Assembly (NCBI GenBank): GCA_020049775.1 | Contig: JAGVLO010000008.1 | Location: 83,790-147,789 of the forward strand | Source of the DNA: Alphaproteobacteria bacterium | GTDB lineage: Bacteria > Pseudomonadota > Alphaproteobacteria > Rickettsiales > SXRF01 | Reading direction: 5' to 3' | DNA length: 64,000 nucleotides | Notes under the pieces: generated by a model | Seen by the model: the letters and a program-made list of their open reading frames with translations, nothing else | What the model was told of the DNA's origin: nothing | Database searches by the model: none | Made by a program: the position numbers and the translations under genes | Shown: one piece after another, positions 46,881-55,316 of the stretch | How the letters are laid out: each line of letters starts with the position of its first letter | How positions within the stretch are numbered: the stretch's first letter is position 1

Positions 46881-47091
46881 CGAGCACCTGCTCCACCGGC
46901 TTGGAATCAGCTGGAATATCCACCATCATCAGCGCCACCATACCCCCTAACAGTAGGATAACAGGCACCAGCCATACTATTTGGCTGCTTGAACGGCGTC
47001 GCTTCTGTTGCATTATTCCGTATTTCCTTTACTTATGTACTCTTGAATTATGTAAGTATCGTAATCGCCTGCAAGGATAATACAAGAAAAA

Positions 47092-47652
47092 ATGACGGCC
47101 GGACCCGCCATCAATGCCTCTGCCCTTCCCCTCACCAAACCAATTGTACTGGTGGGATTGATGGGCGCTGGCAAATCCACCATTGGCCGCCGCCTTGCCT
47201 CCACCCTCAATCTTTCCTTTATCGATTCCGATCAGGAAATCGTGGAAGCGGCCGGTTGCAGCATTTCCGATATTTTTGAAAGCTACGGCGAAACGATTTT
47301 CCGCGACCTTGAACAGCGCGTACTCACGCGCCTTGTCGGCAGCAAGCCGTGTGTGGTTGCCACCGGCGGCGGCGCATTTATTAACCCAGCGGTGCGCGAA
47401 ATCATCAAAGAAAAAAGCATTTCCATCTGGCTGAAGGCCGACCTTGAAGTGCTGCTGGAGCGCGTCTCGCGCCGTGACACACGGCCACTGCTTAAAAGCG
47501 GCGACAAAGGCGTTATCCTTAGGAAGTTGATGGAAGAACGTTACCCCGTTTACGCACAGGCCGACCTCACCATCGACAGCAACGCTGGCGTGCATGACGT
47601 GGTGGTGGAATATATATTGCAATCCCTTAAGCAAAAGCTGGGCCATGGCTGA
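47092..47652 (+). CDS. aroK: shikimate kinase
   Basis: P-loop LVGLMGAGKSTIGRRLA, DSD motif, and GGG (ATGGGAF). Confidence 0.9.
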   Translation: MTAGPAINASALPLTKPIVLVGLMGAGKSTIGRRLASTLNLSFIDSDQEIVEAAGCSISDIFESYGETIFRDLEQRVLTRLVGSKPCVVATGGGAFINPAVREIIKEKSISIWLKADLEVLLERVSRRDTRPLLKSGDKGVILRKLMEERYPVYAQADLTIDSNAGVHDVVVEYILQSLKQKLGHG

Positions 47653-48751
47653 AACGCTACGCGTAGAGCTGGGTGAGCGCAGCTATGATATTCTTGTGGG
47701 TGAACGGCTTCTGGCAAAAGCGGGCGCACATATCGCCCATTTGCTCAAACGCAAGCAGGTCATCATCATAACCGACGACAAGGTGTCGCGCTTCTACCTG
47801 CACCGCCTGACCAATGCGCTGGAAGAACAAGGCATCGGCTATCGCTGCGTGATTGTGAAATCCGGCGAAGGCACCAAAAGCTTCGAGTCTTTCGGACAAC
47901 TCATGGATAATATCCTTGAGTTTAAACCCGACCGAAACACTACGCTGGTGGCGCTTGGCGGCGGTGTGGTTGGCGACATCACAGGCTTTGCCGCAAGCGT
48001 GCTGCTGCGCGGTGTAGAATTTATACAGATACCTACCACCCTGCTCGCGCAGGTTGACAGTTCCGTGGGTGGAAAAACCGGCATCAATTCGCGCTGGGGC
48101 AAAAACCTTATCGGCAGCTTCCACCAGCCGGTAATGGTGCTGGCTGACGTCTCCACACTCACCACTCTGCCTAAACGTGAATTACTGGCAGGTTATGCAG
48201 AGACCGTAAAATACGGGCTGATTGACGATACCACCTTTTTCGAATGGCTGGAAAAAAATGGCGCAGCGATGCTGGCGGGTAATGCCAGCCTGCAGGCACA
48301 GGCGATCCTCACCAGCTGCAAAGCCAAGGCTTCCATTGTTGCCGAAGATGAAAAGGAACAAGGCAGGCGCGCGCTGCTTAATTTCGGCCACACGTTCGCC
48401 CATGCGCTGGAAGCCGAAACCGGCTACGGCGATACATTGCTGCACGGCGAGGCTGTCGCCATCGGCATGGTAATGGCACTGCATACTTCCGTGGCCATGG
48501 GTCTATGCCCGCAAAAAGACGTGGACCGAGTGCTGGTGCATTACGCGGCCACCGGCCTGCCATCAGCGCCCGCCAGCCTGCCTGTAAAATGGGATATAGA
48601 CCGGCTGATGGACCATTTCACGCGTGATAAAAAGGCCAAAGACGGAAAGCTAACCTTCATACTAACGCACGGCATAGGAAAAGCATTTGTGACCCAAGAT
48701 GTTAATCCGGATATCATACGCGATGTGCTTGCGAAGGCGTGCCGTGCGTAA
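47645..48751 (+). CDS. aroB: 3-dehydroquinate synthase
   Basis: ALGGGVVGDITGFAA, DSSVGGKTGIN and FGHTFAHALE motifs. ATG at 47645 overlaps the aroK stop (ATGGCTGA). Confidence 0.9.
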   Translation: MAETLRVELGERSYDILVGERLLAKAGAHIAHLLKRKQVIIITDDKVSRFYLHRLTNALEEQGIGYRCVIVKSGEGTKSFESFGQLMDNILEFKPDRNTTLVALGGGVVGDITGFAASVLLRGVEFIQIPTTLLAQVDSSVGGKTGINSRWGKNLIGSFHQPVMVLADVSTLTTLPKRELLAGYAETVKYGLIDDTTFFEWLEKNGAAMLAGNASLQAQAILTSCKAKASIVAEDEKEQGRRALLNFGHTFAHALEAETGYGDTLLHGEAVAIGMVMALHTSVAMGLCPQKDVDRVLVHYAATGLPSAPASLPVKWDIDRLMDHFTRDKKAKDGKLTFILTHGIGKAFVTQDVNPDIIRDVLAKACRA

Positions 48752-48768
48752 TATACTGCCAGCCGCGA

Positions 48769-48963
48769 ATGACAGATGACAGCCAAGAGGGATACATCAT
48801 TGAATTTATTGTTGTGGGGAAGTCCGTCAAAGTGACTGCCATGGACCCTGTCACCCTAAGAGAAGTATCGATTATTGGCGCACGGGGGGCATCCCGCAGA
48901 GAGCTGGCCGCGCTTGCAGTGCGCAAATTACAGTATGTTATGGCCAAGAAGGGCGATTCGTAA
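48769..48963 (+). CDS. small conserved hypothetical protein (DUF6898-like)
   Basis: EGYIIEFIVVGKSVKVTAMDPVTLREVSIIG...ELAALAVRKLQYVM resembles a small alphaproteobacterial family found near aroB. Recognised from memory only. Confidence 0.45.
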   Translation: MTDDSQEGYIIEFIVVGKSVKVTAMDPVTLREVSIIGARGASRRELAALAVRKLQYVMAKKGDS

Positions 48964-48966
48964 ACC

Positions 48967-51087
48967 ATGTCGTTATGGTCCTCCCTTTTCCGCAAGAAAC
49001 GCCGCAAGGGCAGGCAGCCGCCCGTGCTGGAATCCAAGCGTCACGACAAAAAACACCACCCTACTTTTGGTGGACATACTGCCTCGGCAGATACAAAAAA
49101 ACGCAGCACCAGGGTCAAAAGTAAAATGCCCGTTTACCCCCGTTACCGTAAGGGGAGGCGCGCGAGTTTTTTTGCTTTTATCGGAAGTCTGGTGCGTTAT
49201 GGAATTATTGCCGCTATCGTATTACTAGCATGGTTCTCATGGGGTCTTCCGAATATTGAGGATCTCAATAAATTCACCAAGGCCCCCAGCATCCTTATTA
49301 AAGCTGAAGACGGCCAGATTATTGGCAGTTCCGGCGATATTTACGGCGATTATGTGACCTATGAACAATTACCGGTGTCGCTGATTGATGCCGTAATCGC
49401 GACCGAAGATCGTAATTTCTACTATCATTTCGGCATCGATCCCGTCGGCCTCATCCGCGCAACTGCCGCCAATATCTCTGCAGGCAGAGTGGTACAAGGT
49501 GGCAGCACCATTACGCAACAAGTGGCCAAAAACGTATTCCTCACGCCGGAACGTTCCATGGGGCGCAAAATACGGGAAATGCTGCTGGCCATTAAACTGG
49601 AGTGGCGTTTCAGTAAAAACGACATCCTGAGTATTTACATGAACCGTATTTACCTCGGCGCGGGCAGCTACGGCATAGACGCAGCCTCAAAGCGTTACTT
49701 CGGAAAACCAGCCCATGAAATGACGCTGAGCGATTCGGCTATCATCGCTGGCCTGCTTAAAGCTCCTTCGCGCTTCTCGCCTACCAACAGCCCGACGCTG
49801 GCACGCGAGCGTGCCGACCAGGTGCTGGTGAATATGCATGACGCAGGATACCTGACCAAGGAACAGTCCGACAAGGCGCGTGAAGAGCTAACAAAGTCCA
49901 TGAACTCTGGTAAGAAGAATGCCAAAAGCGCCTTGTATTTCTCTGACTGGATTTTAGACCAGCTGCCGGAATATATCGCCAATGTCGAAGAAGATATTGT
50001 CGTCACCACCACGCTGCGCACCGACTGGCAACTGCTGGCGGAAAAATCCATCAGTGAGGCGCTGGAAAAAGAAGGCGAAACATATAACATACAGCAAGCT
50101 GCCCTGCTCTCGCTTACACCTGACGGTGCCATACGCGCCATGATAGGCGGCAAATCTTACGGCGAAAGCCAGTTCAACCGTGCCACCCAGTCGCTGCGAC
50201 AGCCCGGCTCTTCCTTCAAATTATTTGTCTATCTGGCAGGACTGGAAGCCGGACTTACACCGAACTCGCTGGTGGAAGACGCGCCGATTTCCATTCCCGT
50301 CCATCGCGGCACATGGCAGCCGAAAAACTATACAGGCCGACACCTCGGCACTATCACATTGCGCGAAGCCGTGACTGATTCCATTAACACCGTTGCCGTA
50401 CAGGTCAGCGAAATGGCAGGCGTTGACCGCGTTATCAATGTGGCGCGGCGCCTTGGCATCACCAGTAACTTAGACCCCGTACCCAGTATTGCACTTGGCG
50501 CCACCGAAGTATCGCTGCTGGAACTAACCACAGCCTATGCCCATCTTGCGGCCAACGGCGCGCTGGTTACACCTTACGGTATTTCCGAAATCACCAATAC
50601 CGATGGTAAATTATTGTTCCGCTACCAGCCCACACGCACAGGCCGCGCGCTCAGCGGTGGCGTAGTCAGTATGATGAATGATATGCTGATGAGCGTGGTC
50701 ACCAGCGGCACCGGCCGCGGCGCACAATTTGGCAGGCCGGTCGCCGGTAAGACTGGAACCACCTCTGATTACAAAGACGCATGGTTCATGGGCTATACCC
50801 CTAACCTGATTACCGGTGTATGGGTCGGCAACGACGACAACACACCGATGAAAAAAGTCACCGGCGGCATGATACCTGCGCGCATATGGAAAAGTTTCAT
50901 GGCTGAAGCCATGGTCAATATGCCAGCACAAGGCATCCCAACTCAAGACATTGATACGGGTGACGCTCCTCTGCCATGGCAGGGTTCTGCGCCAGAATAC
51001 CCGCAGCAGCCTTCACAGCCCATCAGGCAAGGGCAGGGCAATGAACTCAAACTTGGCCCTTCTTTTTGGGACAAACTCCTAAGATAA
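48967..51087 (+). CDS. mrcA: penicillin-binding protein 1A family (bifunctional transglycosylase/transpeptidase)
   Basis: GT51 motifs (ATEDRNFYYHFGIDP, GGSTITQQ, RKIREM). Transpeptidase SxxK (GSSFK), SxN and KTGT motifs. Confidence 0.9.
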   Translation: MSLWSSLFRKKRRKGRQPPVLESKRHDKKHHPTFGGHTASADTKKRSTRVKSKMPVYPRYRKGRRASFFAFIGSLVRYGIIAAIVLLAWFSWGLPNIEDLNKFTKAPSILIKAEDGQIIGSSGDIYGDYVTYEQLPVSLIDAVIATEDRNFYYHFGIDPVGLIRATAANISAGRVVQGGSTITQQVAKNVFLTPERSMGRKIREMLLAIKLEWRFSKNDILSIYMNRIYLGAGSYGIDAASKRYFGKPAHEMTLSDSAIIAGLLKAPSRFSPTNSPTLARERADQVLVNMHDAGYLTKEQSDKAREELTKSMNSGKKNAKSALYFSDWILDQLPEYIANVEEDIVVTTTLRTDWQLLAEKSISEALEKEGETYNIQQAALLSLTPDGAIRAMIGGKSYGESQFNRATQSLRQPGSSFKLFVYLAGLEAGLTPNSLVEDAPISIPVHRGTWQPKNYTGRHLGTITLREAVTDSINTVAVQVSEMAGVDRVINVARRLGITSNLDPVPSIALGATEVSLLELTTAYAHLAANGALVTPYGISEITNTDGKLLFRYQPTRTGRALSGGVVSMMNDMLMSVVTSGTGRGAQFGRPVAGKTGTTSDYKDAWFMGYTPNLITGVWVGNDDNTPMKKVTGGMIPARIWKSFMAEAMVNMPAQGIPTQDIDTGDAPLPWQGSAPEYPQQPSQPIRQGQGNELKLGPSFWDKLLR

Positions 51088-51216
51088 ACATATAATACAA
51101 TATGTTGTTTTGTTATTGACCATTCCTCTGCGTGTCGCTCACCGATTGACATAAACCCAATAGAAATGTTAGGGTTATATATCTACCATGGTATATAGCA
51201 GTTGTTAGGGAATGTT

Positions 51217-51489
51217 ATGGCAAAGGGTAAATTTCGCAGGTATCTGAGAGTAACCGTCCGCACAGGATTGGTATGCGCTTTGATGGCTGTTTGTTTTCTT
51301 CCTGGTATCGGGCCACAAGGTTCCCTTAACAAGGGTGAGGCGCAAGCCTTTACCGCTTCGACTGCTACCACTACGGTTGTAGTACCGGAACTTCCGGTAA
51401 TACTTGTGCCTGCTTTATTGCTGATTGCAGGACGCATGGGTGCATCTGCCCGTAAACGTGCGAAAGAGAGCCTAAAAATCATATCATAG
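51217..51489 (+). CDS. tiny secreted protein with a PEP-CTERM-like (VPELP-TM-basic) exosortase sorting signal
   Basis: N-terminal signal peptide (KFRRYLRVTVRTGLVCALMAVCFL), a short Thr-rich linker (FTASTATTTVV), then VPELP + VILVPALLLIAG + RMGASARKRAK. Lies convergent to the exosortase-family gene, 15 bp away. Confidence 0.55.
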   Translation: MAKGKFRRYLRVTVRTGLVCALMAVCFLPGIGPQGSLNKGEAQAFTASTATTTVVVPELPVILVPALLLIAGRMGASARKRAKESLKIIS

Positions 51490-51504
51490 TTATTGTGTAA
51501 GGCC

Positions 51505-52473
51505 TTAGGCTTGGTCGGCTGCTTTTTTACGGCTGGTCCATGCATAAAGGCACCAAAGAAATAGTGCTATTGCTATTGTATCAAAAACAAACCCTACGTT
51601 TGAATGAAACATAGCCATTGTTTTTTCTACTACCGCCCTTTCGCTTTCATGCCTGAGCAAATATTCGCCATAAAGAAAGATAGTGGACATACGAAGCACA
51701 TTCACAAAAAGCATGTAGAATATGCCGATCAGGTACCATTCCAGCAACGGTTTGCCGGCAAATAATTTCCAGTCAATAAGAAGAAATAGCGAGAATAGGT
51801 AGAACAAAAGGAAAACGCCTTCTATTCCGCTGCATTCCGGATAAATATTCATGGCGAATGTATTGGACATCAATACACCAATACCATCTTTGAAACCTGC
51901 CCACGCCTGGATGTCGAATAGCTGCAAAATCATCCGCAACGAAAATACGGTTGCCCCATACAACCGTACCCAGATGATTTCTGCAAATATCATATAGGCC
52001 GCAGGACTGATGGTTGCAATCAGCGCAATCACCGCCGGAATCGGATATTTCCGCAAGCGCTTTACAAACGATTGGTAAGGCACAAGAACAAAAAACGAAG
52101 CCATCATCGCAAGTATGGCAAGTAGGCATGCCACCGGCCCCACCCCGTGCCTTCCCGCCAGCAATACCCCCAACAGCAACAGCATAGTGATAATATAAGG
52201 CTTCAGCCGGTGCCTCATGACAAAAGGTATGCTATATTCGCGGTCCAGCAGCCGGATAAATAATGCCATCGGCAATATAAGCGTCACTAGCAATACCATC
52301 AACCGGTTGCTGAGCGACACTTCATTGCGCTCACCTCCGACAATAATGCCTGTTAGCCTCGTATCACCCCAGAATCCTTCATACACCCCATATAAAATTA
52401 CGGCAAGGAAGCCCAGTACGGTAAGCGGAAACAGCATCAACCACCAAAACCGCCTGTCCTGCAGGCATTCCAT
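51505..52473 (-). CDS. exosortase/archaeosortase family transpeptidase
   Basis: Polytopic membrane protein carrying the three family catalytic motifs in order: Cys (NIYPECSGIEG), Arg (FVNVLRMS) and His (FHSNVGF). Start is ambiguous (52602, 52557 or 52473). Confidence 0.7.
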   Translation of the reverse strand: MECLQDRRFWWLMLFPLTVLGFLAVILYGVYEGFWGDTRLTGIIVGGERNEVSLSNRLMVLLVTLILPMALFIRLLDREYSIPFVMRHRLKPYIITMLLLLGVLLAGRHGVGPVACLLAILAMMASFFVLVPYQSFVKRLRKYPIPAVIALIATISPAAYMIFAEIIWVRLYGATVFSLRMILQLFDIQAWAGFKDGIGVLMSNTFAMNIYPECSGIEGVFLLFYLFSLFLLIDWKLFAGKPLLEWYLIGIFYMLFVNVLRMSTIFLYGEYLLRHESERAVVEKTMAMFHSNVGFVFDTIAIALFLWCLYAWTSRKKAADQA

Positions 52474-52528
52474 AGGCACAAGCCAGACTAGTGCTTTCTG
52501 AATTACGCTGAAAATCGAATTCACTGCA

Positions 52529-53266
52529 TTAGTCACTACTACTGCTCCCGTATCCATAGAGTATGTGGCCGTTGCTACCCAACCAGTCGCGCCACTGCAC
52601 ATGTCCCGGCGACAATTGTTCTACCACGCTCCAAAACGTATCGCTGTGGTTGAACTCTTTCAGGTGCGCAACCTCATGACTAACTACATAATCAAGTACG
52701 GGATAGGGCGCAAGCACAAGACGCCATGAGAAAGAAAGATTGCCGTCATAGCTGCAACTACCCCAGCGCGAAATCGTATCACGCACCGTAACCTGCCTAA
52801 CCTGCTTGCCTATTATCTGCGCCTTGCTGCGGGCAAGCCCATTGAGATGTTCGCGCGCGCAGCGCCTGAGCCAGTCCTGCACGCGGCGGCTCATGAATTC
52901 CGCTTCGCCGGGAACAAGCATGTCACTGCCGCTAAGTGTAATAACGCCCCTTCCCCCGACATGGCGCAAACACACTTCCTTGCCCAGCAGGGGTAATAAC
53001 TGGCCATCGACAAAGGGAAAGTGTTGCACAGTTTCATCAATTTGTTTTTCAATCCACTTTCTTTTCTCTTCTATGAAATGTAATCCTTGCTTGATACTCA
53101 CATATCGGGGTAAGGTGAGCAGCAAATGTTGCTGCAAGGGTTGATACCGTAGCGTCATGCGCCTCGATGACCTGTGCCGGCGGATAACAATGGGCATACG
53201 GCGGGTGTTTTCGCCCGCACAAAGCTCAATAAAATGGGATGTAACATGCAATGGCTGTTTTTTCAT
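52529..53266 (-). CDS. DUF45/YgjP-like M48-family metal-dependent hydrolase
   Basis: C-terminal HEVAHLKEFNHS (HExxH...H) motif and WGSCS segment are typical of DUF45. ATG at 53266 avoids overlap with dnaG. Confidence 0.75.
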   Translation of the reverse strand: MKKQPLHVTSHFIELCAGENTRRMPIVIRRHRSSRRMTLRYQPLQQHLLLTLPRYVSIKQGLHFIEEKRKWIEKQIDETVQHFPFVDGQLLPLLGKEVCLRHVGGRGVITLSGSDMLVPGEAEFMSRRVQDWLRRCAREHLNGLARSKAQIIGKQVRQVTVRDTISRWGSCSYDGNLSFSWRLVLAPYPVLDYVVSHEVAHLKEFNHSDTFWSVVEQLSPGHVQWRDWLGSNGHILYGYGSSSSD

Positions 53267-53278
53267 AAAGTGTAATAT

Positions 53279-55129
53279 ATGAGATTTCCGCCTTCTTTCA
53301 TAGAACGTCTTCGCTCCCACTTCCTGATGTCAGAAGTAGTAGGCAAGCGCGTGTCTCTCAAGAAGCATGGCCGCGAATATCAGGGGCTGTGTCCTTTCCA
53401 CAAGGAAAAATCTCCTTCTTTTACTGTCAATAACGAAAAGAATTTTTTCCATTGCTTCGGTTGCGGCGCGCATGGAGATGCCATCGAATTCGTACGCCGC
53501 TTTGAAAAATTATCCTATGCGGAAACCATCGAAAGCCTGGCGCGTGATGCTGGGATACCGCTGCCGGAAGTTTCGCCTGAACAGGCACGCAAGGCCGAAG
53601 TAGAAAAAACATTATACGACGTGCTGGAGGCCGCCACCCAGTGGTTTGAGCGCCAGCTCATGGGTTCTTCAGGAACAGTGGCACGCGACTATCTCGAAAA
53701 ACGCGGCCTGAAATCAGAGACCATACGCACTTTCCGCGCCGGATACGCTCCGGACGAGCGCACTGCGCTCAATCAGTATCTGACCACCGCTGGTTTTTCT
53801 CCGGCGCTGCAGGCCGAAGCCGGTTTGATTATTGTACCGGAGACCGGCCCCACTTACGACCGTTTCCGTGGCCGCGTCATGTTCCCCATCCGCAATGCCA
53901 ATGGCAGGGTGGTGGCGTTCGGGGGACGCCTGATTGCCTCCAATACCCACAACAAAAGCCTGCCTAAATACCTCAACTCACCCGAAACGCCGGTCTTCAG
54001 GAAGGGTGAGCTGCTCTATAACCTCGACCTTGCCAAAAAATCCGCCCGCGACGGCAATGTCGTGGTGGTCATGGAAGGTTACATGGACGTAGTTTCCACC
54101 GCGCAGGCGGGCGTACCCTATGCCGTGGCCACGCTGGGTACCGCCGTCACACCTGAGCATCTGAGGCTTTTGTGGCAACTTGCTAAAGAACCTGTCATCT
54201 GCCTGGATGGTGACGAAGCCGGAAAGCGCGCCATGATGCGCGCCGCCGAAGTAGCGTTGCCGCTACTCAAACCCGGCTTCAGCTTACGCTTTGCGCGCCT
54301 GCCACAAGGCGAAGATCCTGATTCCTATATCCAGAAAAATGGCAAAACCAGCTTTGAAAAAATCCTGCTCACCTCACGCAGGCTGTCACAAGTGCTATGG
54401 GAAGATCTGTCGCCACAGTACAATACCGAACTACCCGAGGGCCGGGCCGAGCTGGAAAATATCCTCAAAAACCTTGCGGAAAAAATACCAGATACCACCG
54501 TCAAACAGCACTATCTCTCCTATTTCCGGCGCCAATTGTGGGCGCGCCCTCTCAAGACCACCATGCCTGGGAAGACCTCAACGGCCGCACGCGCCGCAAC
54601 ACAGGAGCGCTCGCCGCAGGTGGAGCATCTCATCAATCGCAATCACTCCGTTGCCCTTGAAATGCTTGTGCAGCGCCTGCTGACCATTTTGCTCAAATTT
54701 CCCCAGCTTCTGCATAAGAGCCATGTGGAAGAAACACTGTCGCGCCTCGACATCCAGAGCAATGTCTTAAGCGCCCTGCGCAACGCCATGATTGCGGCCA
54801 TTACCCAGTCGAATATCGACCAGCCGGAACAGTTCATCGCATATCTTGAGCAGCATTTCCATGGCTCACTTCCCATTTCAGCCTCGGGCAACGGCCTCAA
54901 ATTGCCGTATGCCAATACCTTAACCGGTGACGATGCCGCACTGCTATGGAGCGAAACCGTGTCCGCCTATGAGGTGGCGCATTTGCAGTTTGAGATAGAA
55001 GAAGTGCAGGAAAGCCTTGGCCAGTCTATGAATGAGGCCTCCCTGCAGCGCCTGACCGAGTTGCAGCAAGCCTTGTGGAAAGCACAGGACAACCGCCAGT
55101 TTGCACGTTCCGAACCCGATATGGCATAG
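53279..55129 (+). CDS. dnaG: DNA primase
   Basis: Zn-ribbon CPFHKEKSPSFTVN....FHCFGCGAHGD, followed by a TOPRIM domain (VVVMEGYMDV...DGDEAG). Confidence 0.95.
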   Translation: MRFPPSFIERLRSHFLMSEVVGKRVSLKKHGREYQGLCPFHKEKSPSFTVNNEKNFFHCFGCGAHGDAIEFVRRFEKLSYAETIESLARDAGIPLPEVSPEQARKAEVEKTLYDVLEAATQWFERQLMGSSGTVARDYLEKRGLKSETIRTFRAGYAPDERTALNQYLTTAGFSPALQAEAGLIIVPETGPTYDRFRGRVMFPIRNANGRVVAFGGRLIASNTHNKSLPKYLNSPETPVFRKGELLYNLDLAKKSARDGNVVVVMEGYMDVVSTAQAGVPYAVATLGTAVTPEHLRLLWQLAKEPVICLDGDEAGKRAMMRAAEVALPLLKPGFSLRFARLPQGEDPDSYIQKNGKTSFEKILLTSRRLSQVLWEDLSPQYNTELPEGRAELENILKNLAEKIPDTTVKQHYLSYFRRQLWARPLKTTMPGKTSTAARAATQERSPQVEHLINRNHSVALEMLVQRLLTILLKFPQLLHKSHVEETLSRLDIQSNVLSALRNAMIAAITQSNIDQPEQFIAYLEQHFHGSLPISASGNGLKLPYANTLTGDDAALLWSETVSAYEVAHLQFEIEEVQESLGQSMNEASLQRLTELQQALWKAQDNRQFARSEPDMA

Positions 55130-55316
55130 CTATGTGTGGCTACCCTGCCTTTTTCAGGCAGATTTTCCTAGGAAAACCCTAATAAAAGCCATTGAAAAAA
55201 TTAAAAAATGCCTTATCTCTAGCATATCGGTAGGGCAGCCTGTAGGGCTTGCGACCAAAAATCCTTCTTTGTCATTGGGTTATCCTAAGGCAAGGTGGGC
55301 TTTTTGACATCAAAAA

